Positions 63,181 to 64,000 of a stretch of 64,000 nt of DNA are shown one piece after another. The stretch lies in the NCBI RefSeq assembly GCF_009914755.1, contig NC_060935.1, one strand, 5' to 3'. Each line of letters starts with the position of its first letter. The first letter of the stretch is position 1. The notes beneath the pieces were generated by a model, which saw nothing but the letters and a program-made list of their open reading frames with translations, made no database searches and was not told the origin of the DNA. This stretch comes from the human T2T-CHM13v2.0 reference genome, Homo sapiens. Position numbers and translations under genes: made by a program.

Positions 63181-64000
63181 TTGATAATAATTATCATTTT
63201 ATTCCTTGAAGCATCTGGCACAGTGCCTGGCTCTATACAAGTCCTCGGAATTGGACAGAACTCTACAGTACTTTATTTTCCCCACTAATAAGGATGCCAG
63301 TTCTATCTTTGCAGAAGAGCTACAAGTTAGGATCACTCAGTTAAGTAAGAAATTAAGAGATTTCTTAGGAGTTTCAAACAAAAATTCCAGGTCTACAGAG
63401 CCCCAATTCTGAGCTGCAGCCCTTCCCTAACCCCTACTCCCCACTTACACTGAGATCCAGCTCTCCTAGTTTTTCTGATATTGAGAAAACTTTAAAGTTG
63501 GGAATTTGCTCTGCTGAGACTCAGTCACCCTCGCTGTACCTTCAGTGCCACTGCTGCAGGAACTACGGCCTCCAAGCTGACTCCAGATACAGCCTCGCCA
63601 TGCCTCTCCCTACCCTTGACTGCAGCAGCACTGAAATAGCAGCGTGAATCACTCTGGGACGTCACGTGATGCCCAGGCCAGGACGCAGCTGTGGTTGGTG
63701 CGCCTGTGTTCCAGGGACCTGGGAGGAGGGCCCTGGCCGGCCAGAGTGGCTGCCTCCCTGTCCTCCTCTGAGTCCACCAAGAGGCTTGGAGAAGACTGAG
63801 TTGGTGGAAGTTGTAAGAGCTAACACTTCTGGGTATTCAGAGGTGGCTTTACTGTAACACTAAAGCAGCTTAAACATCGGGGACCCCATTTGTGCTCCTT
63901 CTAAAGCCACACACCTCATTTTTTGTGTTTCTTTTCTCAAAGCGAGCTCTCAAATTGTCATAAGCTTCAGGTCTGACAAGACTCAAGGCCAACCCGGGAG

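Noticed and set aside
63400-64000. Possible start of the next gene's promoter (E-box gtcacgtgat at ~63661)
   Set aside because: No CpG island or exon visible within the window, so no gene call can be supported

Overview
Primate, almost certainly human, genomic DNA: GC-rich, Alu-dense and carrying a young SVA. I recognise it as the MACROD1/FLRT1 locus, known to be 11q13. Bases 1-153 (+) encode the C-terminus of FLRT1, which is nested antisense inside the very large intron 3 of MACROD1. MACROD1 coding exons 1-3 lie on the minus strand (47955-47658, 34214-34113, 33176-33060; all junctions GT-AG and phase 1) with a CpG-island promoter at about 47.4-48.6 kb. The remainder is intron and upstream DNA containing more than 40 Alu pieces, MIR/L2/L1 relics, MaLR and MER21 LTRs, a MER20, and a near full-length minus-strand SVA inserted into an older Alu. 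Nearly all ORFs in the supplied track are GC-rich or repeat artefacts. I see no new protein-coding gene, RNA gene or CRISPR-like system. The best leads are a 35-bp 3' transduction on the SVA with its own poly(A) signal, a near-perfect 136-bp tandem array of chimeric Alu left monomers, a possible ~9-kb FLRT1 3'UTR containing inverted Alus, a leaky-scanning layout that could give a non-mitochondrial MACROD1, and a potential stop-free exon 2-3 circRNA. Repeat subfamily names come from recalled consensus motifs, not from a RepeatMasker run, and repeat boundaries are approximate.
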